A stretch of DNA of 64,000 nucleotides from Callorhinchus milii. Taxonomy: Eukaryota. Positions 1 to 13,970 of this stretch are shown in pieces. The position numbers and the translations under genes were made by a program. The stretch's first letter is position 1; each line of letters opens with the position of its first letter. Location of the stretch: NCBI RefSeq assembly GCF_018977255.1, contig NW_024704742.1, positions 79,734,001-79,798,000 on the forward strand. The letters are read 5' to 3'. The notes beneath the pieces are model-generated. The model saw only the letters and a program-made list of their open reading frames with translations, had not been told where the DNA came from and did not search any database.

Positions 1-421
1 TACCCCATTTACCTCCGCACTGAGGAGGATTGTCACTAATTGGTCATTTGATCATCTTTAAAATGAATCTATAGTAATAGCACGATGACAGCTGATTGTG
101 CCCTAATATACCCACATACTTGCTTTCAAATAATAATAATCCTTGAGTTTAATATAGTGCCTTATCACATCATTAAGGCATCTCAAAACATTTCACAGAA
201 TATACTGTAAAGTGGATTGACTTTTTGTGGGCAAAATCTCAGCTATGCCACCTCAAGGACTTTGACAGCATTGGTCTTCTTTGTAGTAAATTTCAAAGTG
301 GACTTAGTGAGGTAGTCAATCTGCCTCCTGAACCTGGGACAGGAAAACGTGAGCAAGGGGAAAGAAAGAACATAAGATTCAAAAGACAGACGTTCACTCT
401 GAACAGAAGTAAATCATTTAC

Positions 422-687
422 CTCAGCTAATAATCTGGGAAGGGTGTCTGTATGTGCTTCAGTTGCCACTTTCAGTAAAGTGGAGGTATTGGCTGCAAAT
501 GTCTTCCAGTAACCTTTAAGTTTATTTGCCTCATTCAGAGATGCCCGGCTTTCAGTTATGATCTCTGTTAACTTTCTGTCTTCAGATTGTAACTGTGTGA
601 GCTGATTAGCTTTCAGGTGTAGAGCCTCCAATTCCTTGAAGTAATTGTGGATCAGATCTATTAAACTCTTTGTGCAAGAGTCACATT
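422..687 (-). CDS. Exon 25, start of coiled coil: (E)CDSCTKSLIDLIHNYFKELEALHLKANQL...LPRLLAE
   Basis: cactcttcag acceptor, GAG|GTAAAT donor, 266 nt, phase 1->0; alpha-chain 'CD.C...L.D.' motif followed by heptad-like helical sequence. Confidence 0.9.
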
Positions 688-825
688 CTGAAGAGTGGAC
701 AGGCAGAGGAGGAAAAGGTGTTAATGAGAACTGTAATACTGTATGTCTACACATGCATGCTAAACTACATTAGAAAGCAAGTATCAGGATCAAAACACAA
801 ACAGGCTTTGGTGATGACACGGTGA

Positions 826-1220
826 TAGCCTAGTTCAGTTGGTAATATTCTCAACTCTGAGGCAGAAGGTTGTAGGTTTAATTCCTACATCAGGACATTG
901 AGCTCACAGTCTAGACTGACACTACAATGCAGTGCCAGAGGTGTGCTGCATTGTCACAGGTGCAGTCCTTCAAATGGGACATTAAGCCAAGGTCCTGTCT
1001 GCTGCTCAGGTGGACGTTAAAGATCCAATGGGGCTACTCAGAAAGAGAAGGAAGTTCTTACTATTGCTCTGGCAACAATCCTCCAGGTAAAATTGGTCAT
1101 TCATGTCACAACTGTTTGTAAGACATTGCTGTGTACAAATTGATCACAACATTTTGAAGTAAATCCTGTGAAGTACTTTCAGACTTCCTCCTGATCTGAA
1201 TGTGCTACATCAGTTGCAAA
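826..1220 (+). mobile_element. Older tRNA-derived Deu-type SINE (SacSINE1-like)
   Basis: Degenerate tRNA head, 'gtcctgtctgc..tcaggtggacgt.aaagatcc' core, L2-like tail; similar to 45224, 36063, 50255. Confidence 0.7.
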
Positions 1221-1389
1221 AATACAACTTTTATAATAATGTACCTAATAATGTAACAATTTTGACAATTATAATAAGAAATTCCCACAAGATGTATATA
1301 TTGTCAAAGCCTAAACCACGGAGCCCAAAACAATAATAATCTGACACTTGGTAGGTATAGTACCTTTACGTCGGCTGACAAATTTTATT

Positions 1390-1655
1390 TGAGTTAATTG
1401 TTGTCCAGAACATTGGGAGAAACTCCCTTCTCTTTTCGAACAGTGCTATGGGATCTTTAACATCCACCTGAATAGGCAGAAAAAACCTCTGTTTAATATT
1501 TTATCTGAAGAATGGCATTTCTAACAATGGAGCACATCCCATCACTGTATTGGAGTGTCATCTAAGACCATGTCAGTTCAAGTCCTGACATGGGGCTTGA
1601 ACTCACTACTTTCCGACTCAGCGGAAAGAGTGCTATCAACTGAGTCAGGCTGACA
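1390..1655 (-). mobile_element. Older Deu-type SINE fragment
   Basis: Reverse copy of the head and core seen at 826. Confidence 0.7.
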
Positions 1656-2688
1656 CAGATGCACCATTCACCTATGCTTCTGTTGAGCATTTTCAATGTT
1701 TGGATTTAACAGTGAGTAAACTTGTGAATAAACTTGACAGCAGCGACTTGTAAAAGGACTTGAAAGGATGGAATCCAACTTGTACTTGAATGTGTCTTAC
1801 GCTAATTAGCTGACATTTTGTACGGACTCCAATCTCCTGCTGGAGAAACTCTTTCAATTTCAATTCAGGAAAAACAGAATTGAGATCGGCAACCACGACA
1901 TGAGTCTGAAGCACATCCCAGCATACACAGATTCTATATTTAGAAATCCTTTTCTGTGCTGCAGTATCTTGCAGCAATGCTGCCATTTATTTACCACTTC
2001 AGTAGAAAAGCCAATTATGTGCCTGGCAATTCTTTTTTAGTGAAATTATTTTCAACTTGTACACTATTTTACATTTTACTATTTGGGCCACATAGCCTGT
2101 TTCTGTGCTATACAGTCTTTGTAATTCTACGATATAGGACACAGCTTACCCAGGTACATTTTACTTAAAGGAGAATGCAAATATTACATAAATAGAAGTT
2201 TGATTCTATATAATTTCTTCAAAAACAACCTGAACATTCATTACACAGCGTAACCAACAAGTCTTTTGAAACGAAATGAGCTTACTACACCTCACTCTGT
2301 CCACATTTACAAGGAGGGACTTTTTAAAAAGTCATTGGGAAATTGTTTATTCACTGTTGTTTTTAAGAACTGGGGAAAATCAGCACCCCAAGTTAAAACT
2401 GAATTTAAAAATGTTCCAAAACTCTGCCTAAGCTTTAATTTTAAGACAACATTCTTAAGGCTAAACCTAGGGAAAATTTCAGGTCACAATAACGTAATGT
2501 AGCTTTGGTGCTTTGCAGCTCTTTCTCTGCCCATTTTTCTCAAAAACAACAATCAGTCAGCAAAATCAACAATTTGGACCCAGCCTGCATCTTTCATATG
2601 TCTCAAATGTCTCATAACACTTTACCAAGACTGAATAGAAGCCCAAGGTTGGAAACAAGCACAAAGAAGTAGGTCTTCAGGCAAGATT

Positions 2689-3039
2689 GTGGAGTCCCTT
2701 ATCATAACGGTTAGCATGCTCGCCTCGCAAGTGAGAGGACCCGGGTTTGATTCCTGGGTGGGGGGTGAAACCTTAGGTAAATAACCTTACTCCACACTCC
2801 TCTGTTTACTTGTCAGTAAGTAGGAGACAGGTCGATTGACAGGTCACTTTCCGGGGATAATAATCCCTCCCTGCCCCCATGAAATACAGTCACTCAATCC
2901 ATGACTGGTTATGGAACATCGCTGAATGCAATTGGCTGCTGCATTTTGCCCACAAAATACAATATATTCTGTGAAGTGCTTTGAGACATCTCAATGATAT
3001 GTCATGGATGCTGTATCAAAGGCAAGGATTATTATTATT
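2689..3039 (+). mobile_element. tRNA-Ala-headed Deu-type SINE, long variant
   Basis: tRNA-like head, central Deu-like block, L2-like tail with (TTA)n; flanked by AAGATT direct repeat. Confidence 0.85.
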
Positions 3040-3406
3040 AAGATTTGAAAGCAGAGAGGGAAAGAGTGTGGAAGAAAGATCTTGAGAGAGTTACCATGGA
3101 TGAAAGTGGCTCAAAGGTCGCCTACTGATAGTGGGGTGGAGTTGTTGCGGGGCATTAGGCAAGTGGAAGATATTATATAGATAGGATGGTGCAAAGTTGT
3201 GGATGGGAAGGTTGAGGATTTTTAAATTAATTTACTTGGGGAAAGAGAGGCAATGGAGCTTGGAGAGGATTGGGGAGATAAACCTGTGGAGTCTGGTGCA
3301 GAAGGCTATGAGCTGCAGAGTTCAGGTTGATGGAAAAATGAAGGAGAGTTAAGAGTGAAACAAAAGGTCGCCATTTTTCCCACAGGCTTCATGATTTAGT
3401 GTAAAT

Positions 3407-3487
3407 AACTGGGGAGGTTGGTATGGTCAACACATGTGGTGTGGAGGTACCACACCACATGTGTTGACCATATCAACCTCCCCAGTT
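3407..3487. repeat. 38-bp near-perfect inverted repeat (hairpin), 5-nt loop
   Basis: Arms 3407-3444 and 3450-3487 are complementary apart from one G:T. Confidence 0.95.
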
Positions 3488-6034
3488 TGTTACCATTGAG
3501 ATAGAGAAAATTATGCCTCATGCAGGATTAAATATCTGGCAATGCAGTCCATAGGAATAGCAGTGGTCCTGGAGTTAAGGGATGAGGGAGAAGGATAAAA
3601 TTGGGCATCACCAAAAAAGTATTAGGCAAAGAAAAAAATTAGGGAAAGATACCAATGTTCATTTATTCTTCAAAACGGTCTATGTTTTTTTTGAGAGGTT
3701 ATCATGGTGATATTTGCTCTTTAATGATATGAGCAGAGATAACAATATAATAATTCAGCTTCACCTGAATTTTGCACTCAATAAAGCCCATTCATTCGAT
3801 TCACTGAATCATTAGAGTCCATAATTACCACTTGTGTTATTTTGCCAAGAATAGATACATTCTCTAAAGAATTAAATGGCAATATGACAAGAGAAATTGG
3901 CTGTCTTCAATCTTCTTTTAAAGCATATTATTGTGTTTGAGTACAGGATGAGAATACAGTATTAGGCAAAAGTTGTGCTAATAGTTTTCCTATTTCACCT
4001 CAAATATTTTATTAATTGCAAGGATTATCATTATTCTTTCTGTATGTGTGCATCCCTTCATTTGTCATATTATGTGCCTTTTTTTTCTTGCTCTTTTAAA
4101 CTTCCCTCCAACTTTCTCTTCTCACAAAGTCATTCATGCTCAAATATGGATTAATGGGCATCTGATATCTCAAGTCAATTTGCCCAAAAGACTATTCTCA
4201 ACGTGTGAACAACAACTTTACATTAATATAGCACCTTTTACATGGGTAGTGAGGTATTCAACCTATGGGAACAAGGACCCAAAATAACCATTGTGGGTAG
4301 CTAACTGTTTTCATACCAAACTGCCAACCCTGCAGGCCTGGAAGATCTTAAACCAAAGTGTGAAAAGAATTGTCTCAGGATGAAGACAGCATATTCCAAA
4401 ACATTGGTTGCGAGTTGACTTCCAGACATGAATTCAAATAAAAGTACAACTGAATTCAATGAACCAGGCATTCAGCAGTGAATGGTATTTAATCCCCAAA
4501 AATCAGCAGATGAGTTTTGATGTGGTCTTTAACTACAACAGAAGGAAAAGCATTAGTGGTTTTATGTTACAAGCCTGCACTGATGCTCTGAGTGTGTGGT
4601 CAGCCCATTGATATTTGGTTGCAATAAATGAGACAGGATGGCAAACAATAGATTAACAGTAAAAGGCAATTTTATTTCCTCCCAGAAGGTTCTCTAATTT
4701 CCATACAGATGTCACCATATGAGTTCCTAAGGCAGGAGGATCCACAGTACTCCGCAGCACTTCTTCCAACTTGTTTATTGTTAATCCTACAAGCCAAAGC
4801 CCTAATGGATAGGGTCATCCAGCTGGATAAGCAGTGGGAAAGATTGCCAGGCAGTGCTTTCAATGGTAAAATATAAGTGCGTCGACACACCGTCCGGCTT
4901 GCAGGGTGCTATTTAATGCAAGTTGGTATTGTTGTGTTAAAATATGTGTTAAACCCCAGCAGTATATCATTGCACATTCTAGGGTCCCCAAATCTTGGTA
5001 ATTGCCAATCTGCGCCTAATACGCTCCGGTATTAGGTAAGTAGGCTGAGTCCCTCTAGGAAGTGAGTGCATATTCCATTCCAATACACAGGAATGTCCAA
5101 GTTTAGGTGGAACTCCCAGTTTGGTTTGGATACTCTTAAGCATGGTGGTGGGTTTTCATATATGTCAGACCTTCGCTTGACAGAAAAAGAAAGTATTTTT
5201 CTCAATATCTGTTATGAAGGCACAAAATTAATTCAACATTCAGCATCTCATAGTCTACATTTATCTTTCCTGAGAGAAGGGAATCCCAAGCCAGTACAGA
5301 GTCATGCTGCAGCTGCTAGAATACATCAATAGTTTACGTCCTGGCACAAAGAAAACCTATTCCCCACAACACACAGCAATACAGCTGTCCACTGTATTCT
5401 CATTCAGTACATGTCCTGGAACACCTGTCTGGTTGTCATCCCTGACAGAAATGCAGACTTTCATTACCATCTTTTATGCAATTTTGCTCCTCACACCAGC
5501 TCCCTGCAATTGACCAGACACCAACTTAGCAGATGGTTGTTACTGGGTCACCCTCACCTGAAATTCCTATTCTTTTTGTTAAACTGGGGAAGGAAGGCTA
5601 TTGTCACCTCAGTTTTTCAGCTAAACGCAATGTTGTTTCTCTGGGGGCTGACAGCACCAACAATGTAGAACTGGTTCAGAAAATAAGGAACTGTCAAAAT
5701 TGTTCACCCAAACGGAATCATTGCTTTGTTGACAAGTTTTGTTGACCGGCTTTGTTGCAAATGTCACCTAAGTCCTAAGATTCCCCAATATATATACTTA
5801 TATACTAGGCCAGAAAAAAACTAGTGACTAATGTCTATTACACAGAATCACATATCAGTCCAGCAACTAAATTATTTTCTGTTGTGTCCTCAAGGTAATG
5901 ATTTTAGTGCTAGGGTATCAGAAACATTCCCATTTTGAGCATTTGAGTTTCAGCATCAAACCTACTGAGACTAGGAACAGAACAGATAAACCAGGGAGCT
6001 GTGCTCAGCAAAACTTGTGGCTATTCTGATAATA

Positions 6035-6443
6035 AATACAAAATCCTTGCATTTGATATTGCACTTGATCACAAGTGCTTTATTGTAAAATGTAGTGACT
6101 ATGTATTTGTAGATGAAAGCAGCAACTAATTTGCCTACAGCAATGTTCTACAAACAGCTAGGNAAAAAATACTAATTTTATTTGAGGGATAATTAGGTAT
6201 GGCAATGGGAGAAACTCTCTTCTCTTTTCGAAACGTGTTATGGGATCTTGAGTGCCTGAATAGGCAAACCGGATCTTGATTTGCCTTCTCATCCAAGGAT
6301 GGCATCTGTGACAATTCACGGCTGTTCCAGCACTGTATTGAAGTATCAGTCTAGACTTTGAATCTCAAAGTCCCAATGTGGGAATTTTACCCACAACCTT
6401 CTGACTCATAGGTGAGCGTGCTACCAACTAAGCCAGACTGACA
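6035..6443 (-). mobile_element. Older Deu-type SINE
   Basis: Reverse copy with head, core and tail. Confidence 0.7.
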
Positions 6444-6614
6444 ATATAGTCCAGATGGTTGTAAACATAAAGGCAAATCTGTCAGTGACATTCTCATACT
6501 GCGATTCCTGGAAGATGCAAATGCAACAAATATTTCCTTCAGAAGTTATGAGCCACCCCTTGGAACGTGTTCATGACTGTGAATTGCCTCTGCTAAAGTA
6601 TTTTATGCGCAACA

Positions 6615-7245
6615 TTATCCAACTCTGCCACTGCCTCACCCCTCAGGCCGCTGAAACCCTTATACATGCATTCGTCACCTCAAGGCTCGACTACGGAAAC
6701 TTCCCCTTTGCCGGCCTCCTGAACTCTTCCCTCCTCAAGATGCAGATCATCCAGAACTCTGCAGCTTGTGTCCTCTCGCGCACCAGGCTCCGTGACCCCG
6801 GCTCCCCTGGCATCCCATCCCTCAGAAGATAGAATTCAAAATCCTCATCCTCACTTTCATCCTCATCCTCCATGTCCTTGCCCCATGCTACATCTCTGAC
6901 CTGCTAACCACCTATCAACCTGTCCGGTTCCTCCGCTCAGCAGGCTCCAGCCTGCTCCAGGGCTCCTGCCCATCACCCCTATCATCGGGGGCTGGGCTTT
7001 CAGCCTCTCTGCTCCCATTCTTTGGAACTCCATCCCACTATCCCTTTGCCTTGCTCTCTTGCCTCCTTCAAGGCATGACTCAAGATCCTCCTTTTTGACT
7101 GTGCTGTCAGCTGCCCTCCTACCCCCTCTGCCCTCCCTCTTCCCAACCCTGCCCCCCATGATTGGGTCCTGATCTCTGACTGTTCAGCACCTTGGGATGT
7201 CCTCCCGATGTGAAAGGTGCTTTACAAATGTATTTTGTTGTTGTA
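6615..7245 (+). mobile_element. L2-clade LINE 3' fragment
   Basis: 'ETLIHAFVTSRLDYGN...IIQNSAACVL' ORF2 C-terminus, frameshifted; (TTG)n tail. Confidence 0.9.
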
Positions 7246-7292
7246 TTTTATCTGAAGTGATTGGCCTTTCTTTGCTGGTGTTGCTCATACTT

Positions 7293-7606
7293 TAATAATA
7301 ATAATAATCCTTGCATTTGATGTAGCGCTTTTCACGTCTTCTAGACGTCCCAAAGCGCTTCACAGAACACACTGTAAAGTGAATTGACTGTATATTTGTG
7401 GGCGAACGCGGCAGCCAATTGCACACAGCAATGTCCCACAAACAGTCATGGATTGAAAATGACCAATTTATTATTTTTTTTTGGAGGGATTATTATTAGG
7501 TGTGTGGAGTAAGAAACTTGCCCAAGGTTTCGCCCTCTGCCTGGAATTGAACTCAGGTCTCTCACTTGCAAAGCGAGTGCTCTAACCACTGAGCTACAGG
7601 ACTCCA
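7293..7606 (-). mobile_element. tRNA-Ala-headed SINE, short young variant
   Basis: Near-identical (reverse complement) to copies at 39801 and 62065, same strand as 48347; A and B boxes, (TTA)n tail. Confidence 0.92.
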
Positions 7607-8179
7607 GGACTTTACTCATATTAGAATTAGGTTCAGCTTTTCTCTCACTCATTCATCAGGGACCACTCTTTCATCGAGCACTCCAGCTGAAAACTGCACA
7701 CTGTGAGTTATTTGCCTGAGATGAGTAAGTCAAGGACATTTGTGAGATGGGTAAGTGAGACACCTCCTGGATATCAGTAGTAATTCAGGCAGAATGAAAC
7801 ACTGAGCATCTCGGCGAAACTAGATTAAGATTGAAAGCAAATTGAATCCTATTGCCTGAGAACATTAACAGCCTAAAGGCTGTGAATCAGTGATTGTTGC
7901 AAAGGTATGAGGTGCTGATATAACATTTATCAACATTCTAAGTTACCCAGAGTAAAATCTGACAACATTGTTTCCACAGCAGTTTGATATGTTATGCAAT
8001 CAGCATCGGTTTGAACAAGGTTGGTCCTTGCATTCCCTTCAGTCCAGGGATGACTGATTTTATACACTTTCAGCACATGCGTTATAGCATTGAAACAAAT
8101 TAATCTTACAGTTTCAAAGTAAATCAAAGGTCTGAAGCAGCTTTTTACCGTAATAACTCAAAACAACTAAAATAATACT

Positions 8180-8725
8180 AATGACAATTACAATACAAAA
8201 TTACATTTGTATAGCGCTTTTCATGTTGGGTGGACGTCCCAAAGCCCTGGACAGTCAGGGAGGTTGGGGGTTTGGGATCGGGGAGGGTGAAGGGCAGGGA
8301 GGGTGGCCAAAGTTGCGGTCGAAGAGGAGGGTTTTGAGACATACCTTGAAGGAAGCAAGGGAGGCCGCATGGCAAATTATCTGTGGGATGGAGGTCCATA
8401 GGGTGGGGGCAGAAAGGCTTAAGGCCCGACTGCCAATGGTGACGCAGGCCATGGGGGACATGGAACAGGCCATAGCCTGCTGAGTAGAGGGAGCAGACAG
8501 GTTGATATGGGGTCAGCAGGTCGCAGATGTAGGAAGGAGCAAGGCCGTGGAGGGCCTTGAAGGTGAGGACAAGGATTTTCAACTCCATCTTCTGGGGGAT
8601 GGGAAGCCGGACGAGAGTGGGGTTGATGGGTTCACGGAGCCTGGTGCAGGAGAGGACATGAGCTGCAGAGTTCTGGATTATCTGCAGCTTGTGGAGGGAA
8701 GAGTTAACCAGAACTATATGCGGTA
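8180..8725 (-). mobile_element. L2-clade LINE 3' fragment
   Basis: 'LQIIQNSAAHVL...KILVLTFKALHGLAPSY'. Confidence 0.9.
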
Positions 8726-8894
8726 CTCTAGGTTCCAGTCTGACTCGAGCACTATTCGGCCTGATTATGTACATCAGGAATTGATTTTTCAATCAATCTG
8801 AATCCAGAAGAGTTATGATTAACATAGTCACAGGACAGATCATGACTGTCAATTGCAAACACATTTTCACACACTTTATTGAAATTCAACCTAC

Positions 8895-9038
8895 CTTTGC
8901 AGCCTTCATAGCCAAATCCATGACGAAGGGGTAGACATTGGTCACAAGTACGTCCTCCAACTCCTGGCTTACATCTGCATTGCCCACCAACTGCATTGCA
9001 GATCTTGCTGAAAGAGCCCAGTGTATTACACTGACAAC
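8895..9038 (-). CDS. Exon 24, LE: (G)[22 protein letters not shown]...HGFGYEGCK
   Basis: ttctttgcag acceptor, AAG|GTAGGT donor, 144 nt, phase 1->1. Confidence 0.94.
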
Positions 9039-11420
9039 CTGCAAAGAATACACCTTTAAATCCTCATATTTAATCCCTTCCAGAAACTGAAACAGTCTGG
9101 TGCAACTAGAGGCACATTCTTAAATAGATTGGATGAACCATCTTTGCTTATCAAACATATGGCTACAATTTACATTTTCAGCAGAAAAAAACAATAAGAA
9201 GTGTGGATGAACCAGTTCAGCAATCGTATTGTAACATAGTGACAAGAGTCAGTCATTCAGCCCAACAAGTTTGTTCATGGTAATTAGATTATAATGAATC
9301 TTTTAACCCATTTCCCTTAACACCTTCATTCCCCAAGTAAGTACTCATATGTGTTAAGTACAGTATTCAGAAAACTAAAGTGGCAGTCTATTTTTTTTTT
9401 GCTTTTTTTTACTTAATAATATTACATTATTATCATCTTGATACTACTCTTAATATCTTCTACTAATATTCAAAAAACACTGTTCTTGAATATTAGAACA
9501 GTGGGTTTGAACGCTTGATGACATTCTAAGAAAAATACTCTTCATAGAACAGGCCAGGCTGCACAATTTAAGAAAATAATCGCCTTTCATTGCATTTAGC
9601 CACCCACCACCCTCTTTGATTTTTGTTAAGGTATGGTTTAGACACATCAAATCAACACTAATTACTGCCATTAGATTCACTGCTACAGTAACTATACTCC
9701 TAAACGCTGTCTGATACCATACCAGAACCTTATAATCACACCATTTCATCTGCACTAACTGGAAAATGTTCAATGACCTGTGAGCTGCTGTTTTGCAGGA
9801 TACTTTGTATGAGACATCTTAGCTTGAACGGATGTCTTAGATAAGCTTATCTAGGGTAAAATGAATTAGAAATAGTGTTGATTCAATCTAAGCTGTGCAC
9901 CTCAAAAAAGGTATATGTTCTTGATAAAAAAAAACTGGGAAAACACATTTGTCCAGTTTCCCTTATGGAAGATGGAAGATAAATTGCATACTGCTCCCCA
10001 AATAAAGCTTGAAGTGTTCCTCCAATACTGGTGATTTTGCTTTCAGTTCTCATCAGATACAGAACTGTTCTATACAACATATTCATCATCACTGTAGTCC
10101 TTTGAGAACAGAATAGGAAATGATTATGCAGAACAAACTCATGATTATTTTGTTGAATTTGCAAGTTGGCGCAACTCTAATGTTCAGCTAAGTAAGAACT
10201 TCTCTTCGTATACAATGTGGAATATCAATGTTTGTTGGTTCTACCTAAGGGTATCAAAATAGGTGTTGGGAATTTGAAAGGCATTTGTTTTAATCTTCTA
10301 AAGCTCAGTACGTTCAAGATTAAACAAAGAAGATCTAAAGATGAAGAAAATACGTTATTCCAGAAAGAATCCAAGCAAATATATGTTTCTGAATTCTAAT
10401 ATTATTAGAGGTAAAACTACACAAATTCAAGACAAGGCAAGATAACTGAGCACATGCACAACTCTAAGTTAATCAGGGAGATTCAGCAATGTGCTTATGA
10501 CAAATGAGTTATGTAAGTCTTGTCTAAACAAACCACATTCAATGTTAGACAGAGGTATAAGGAGTTGATTTGATTTTGGTCCTTAAAATAATAAAGGAAA
10601 TTGACAAAGAGGATAAGAAATTATTCTTGCCTTTAGTGTGGGAATTTAGAACAATGGTAGAAAATCTTAAAATTGGACCTTAAATCATTTAAATGTGATT
10701 GCAGAATACATTTCTTTGCACAGGGGATACAATGCCCCCAAAAGACCATAGATTCAAAATCAATTAGGTGGTTAAGAAGGCAATAGATAAGTACTTGGAA
10801 ATAAAGGTACAGAGGCATATGGAGAAAAAGCAGGAAAATTAGATTTAAAAAAATAAAAAGCTGCCCTGAACTAATAAAATAATGAGTACAGTGTACTGTT
10901 AATCTTATTGCCCTCAGTATGCGCTTGCATGATGCTATGTAATACAACATATTAAAACAAATGTTGAGAGATGTTCATTACTGTATTCACATAAACCTAT
11001 TTGGAAGAGTTGAATGTATTGAATTGTCAGAATAAACTTGCCATTACTCCTTATAATGTACATTCCGAGTAAGGGCCATTACTAAATGTTTGCCAGTTTT
11101 CCTGAGTTGGAAATAGACTTCTCCCTTTTGAAAACATCATTTTAAAAGTTAACAGCAAATCTTTAAAAATCTGTAAATTGTGAAAACAAGCAATTTCGAA
11201 TCGAGTGGATATTGGTCCTATTTCTGCTATTGCAAATTCCGCACACCGTTTTGAATATTGTATTGTGTATGCAACCATTTCACCCATACTTCAAGGCAAA
11301 TACAGTATTTAACCCTCTGTTTGCAAAACTTTAAAGAAAAAAGTGAAAAACCTTTTACTTTTTAAGGTACAGGTGAAAATGTATCTATCATTAACATTGA
11401 AATTAACTGCCATAACTATA

Positions 11421-11787
11421 TAATAATAATCCTTGTATTTGATATAGTGCCTTATTATGTCTTCAAGATGACTCAAAGCACTTCACAGAATATACCATAG
11501 AGTGAATTCACTGTATATTTTGTGGGCAAAATGCAGTAACCAATTGCGCACAGCAATGTCCCACAAACAGTTACGAACTGAGTGACTATTTTTTTTAAAA
11601 AAAGGAATTATTACCCCCAGAAAAGTGATCCAGCAATCGACTAACTACTGAGTTCCTACTTACTGCTGGGCAAACAAAGGCATGTGGAGTAAGGACTCTT
11701 GCCCAACATTTCGCCCTACTGGGAATCAAATCCAGGTATATCAACTGGCGTAGTGAGTGCTGTAACCATTAAGCTTACAGGACTCCA
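11421..11787 (-). mobile_element. tRNA-Ala-headed SINE, long variant
   Basis: Same head, core and tail as the 2689 and 41800 copies. Confidence 0.85.
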
Positions 11788-12139
11788 AGTCATTGCTGGT
11801 CTATAGACATATAATAGTCCATTACAATTGCACATACAAATAAATGGCTCTTAGAAAATACAATCAATTAATTGGATGGCTTTTTATATTTCACTCTGAA
11901 TATAATTGTACAGTTCTGTCACATTTGAAACTCAAGGCGATAGTACATTTCATCAAATATTAAAGAATTTATTCAGTACCAGAAAGCAACAGCCCAGATC
12001 TAGAGACCTGCAGAGCCATCAATCAGAAAACAACATTAATACAGCATCAAGGGAAACCTCAGCAAGGAAGAAATCAGCAATTCAAATCAATTAAAATCTA
12101 GGTAAATCCAAATTTGAAAAACCTATTGCAAGGTAGAAT

Positions 12140-12410
12140 TACGAAGACAGCTAGGTCCATCAGGAGGTTTGGGACGGCAAATTGTGAAGTATGGTCGAAA
12201 GAGCCCTTTGTTTTCCCCTTTCAACTCCACAACCATGGTTGGGCCAAAGTATTGCAGTCAGAGTATTGCATGGTAGAGGCCAGGGCACTGGGCTCATTTA
12301 AACTGCAGTTGATGCTGCGATGGGAGTGATGGTTGGGTGGGTATCCTAGAGGAATGAGGTCAGGTGAACCCAAGGGCCTTCTTCATTCAAATCAATCTTG
12401 TGATTTTGAT
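12140..12410 (+). mobile_element. CR1-clade LINE 3' remnant
   Basis: Similar to 57500 and 23620 ('cagttgatgctgcgatggg', 3' UTR). Confidence 0.6.
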
Positions 12411-12756
12411 ATTAGAAAATGCTGGATTAATTCTGATCTATTCATGTTCAGTTAAACAGTCACCCGATATGCTGGAACTCCAATTGGAATCGGTGGGGAA
12501 AAATGCAACGAATGTCATGGGCAACTTTATGTCAAAATAAAATTGTGATTAAATCAGGGATAGGGGGTGGGGGGAGGAGAATTCATATCTGCAGTTATCG
12601 ACGGTCTCCATCCCACTTTAATCAGTGTGTTAATAATCGTATTGCAATTTTCATCCCTTGTCTTTTTTATTACCAGGTGTCAAGAGATGGTTTCTCAGCA
12701 GGGACTGGGGGAGGGGGGATGGGAGAAAGCTTCTTCCTTTGAAGACATAGACTAAC

Positions 12757-12937
12757 CTGAGCAGTTCATTCCCAGTGTGAGGCCAAATTGACCGCGGGGA
12801 CAAAGGCTGCACTTCTCTCCGGTGACATCTGGTTGGCAGAAGCACCTGCCCCTTTTATCACATTGCCTGCTTACTGAACCCAGGACATTGCAGTTGCAAG
12901 GCTGACAGCCACTTAAGGAAAACCCGTAATATCCATC
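12757..12937 (-). CDS. Exon 23, LE: DGYYGFSLSGCQPCNCNVLGS...QFGLTLGMNCS
   Basis: tttattcttag acceptor, CAG|GTTAGT donor, 181 nt, phase 0->1. Confidence 0.93.
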
Positions 12938-13970
12938 CTAAGAATAAAGGAAACATACTTGCAAATAAACAATAAATGTTATATTTTTGCACATCACAAT
13001 GCACAGTGAACCAAAACGCCAATGCCTCAATTCACTTTAACGTGACTGAGGGAATGTAATAATGGTATTAATGGCAATTTGTTTCAGATATCTGACCACT
13101 GATCTTCCATCGTTCCTCCCATACAAAGTCATTGAGTATTCCTCACAGAATAATAAAAGCCAGGACCTTCAGACATTTAATCTCTGTCTGTGCACTGACT
13201 GATACTCTTGATTATACTTCTTAAAACCACTCAGCTACAAACAAAACAGTCAGGCTCAGGATCACAATATTTTTGCAAAGTACACAGTCAATTTCAGGTC
13301 AGGTTCACAGTCAACATATAGATACAGATTAGGCAGTCTTTGAATCACTCTTTGGATCAATATTGAGAGCAATGCAATCTCAAATTAAACTGAACGTTCA
13401 CAGGAATAGAATATTAATTTCACTGGTTTTATGGTTAGGAACATTCTTGAAGTGTTGTTGCTGGCAAACACTGCACTGAAGTTTTTTTTCACACATTGCT
13501 TTGTTTCAAGATTTCTAAGTTTGTGGCCTTTAATTCAAGGCACACAATGCATTGTCGGTAGTGCTGTCCTTCGGATGAGATATTAAACTAAGGTCCCATT
13601 TGTCTGTTCAGGCGCATCTTAAACATCTCATGGCACTATTCAAAAAGAGAGATTCTGCCAACAATCTTCCAGGTAAAATTGATCATTCATTTCATGGCTT
13701 TTTGTGGAACCCTGACTTGCATAGCAGTGATTCTCAAACAAGTTTTTTTTCGTGGACTCAGTATAGTTACTTACTATATTACAGTGGATCCCTTTAAAAA
13801 AATGTTTGTAATGTGTGGATCCCCTTATAATATTGACCGATGGATTGTTGGTTTATCAAAGGTGTGAAATATTGCCAGCTTCCAACACCAACTGACCAGC
13901 TTTATAGCATGCAGGTGAACAAGGCCTCCTGACACTTTGTGGTGTTATAACAACTGCTGGAAATACTCGC

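Noticed and set aside
9700..10099. Good-looking acceptors at about 10099 and 9850 with faint chemokine- or cystatin-like words (CCIEQ, YWRNTSS, IRET..C) as remnants of a nested secreted gene
   Set aside because: The motifs fall in different frames with several stops and no convincing donors; consistent with chance.
13000..13233. Acceptor followed by LSGFKKYNQEYQS / GPGFYYSV, weakly kininogen-like
   Set aside because: Stops in all frames, and the exon boundary does not fit cystatin-family gene structure.
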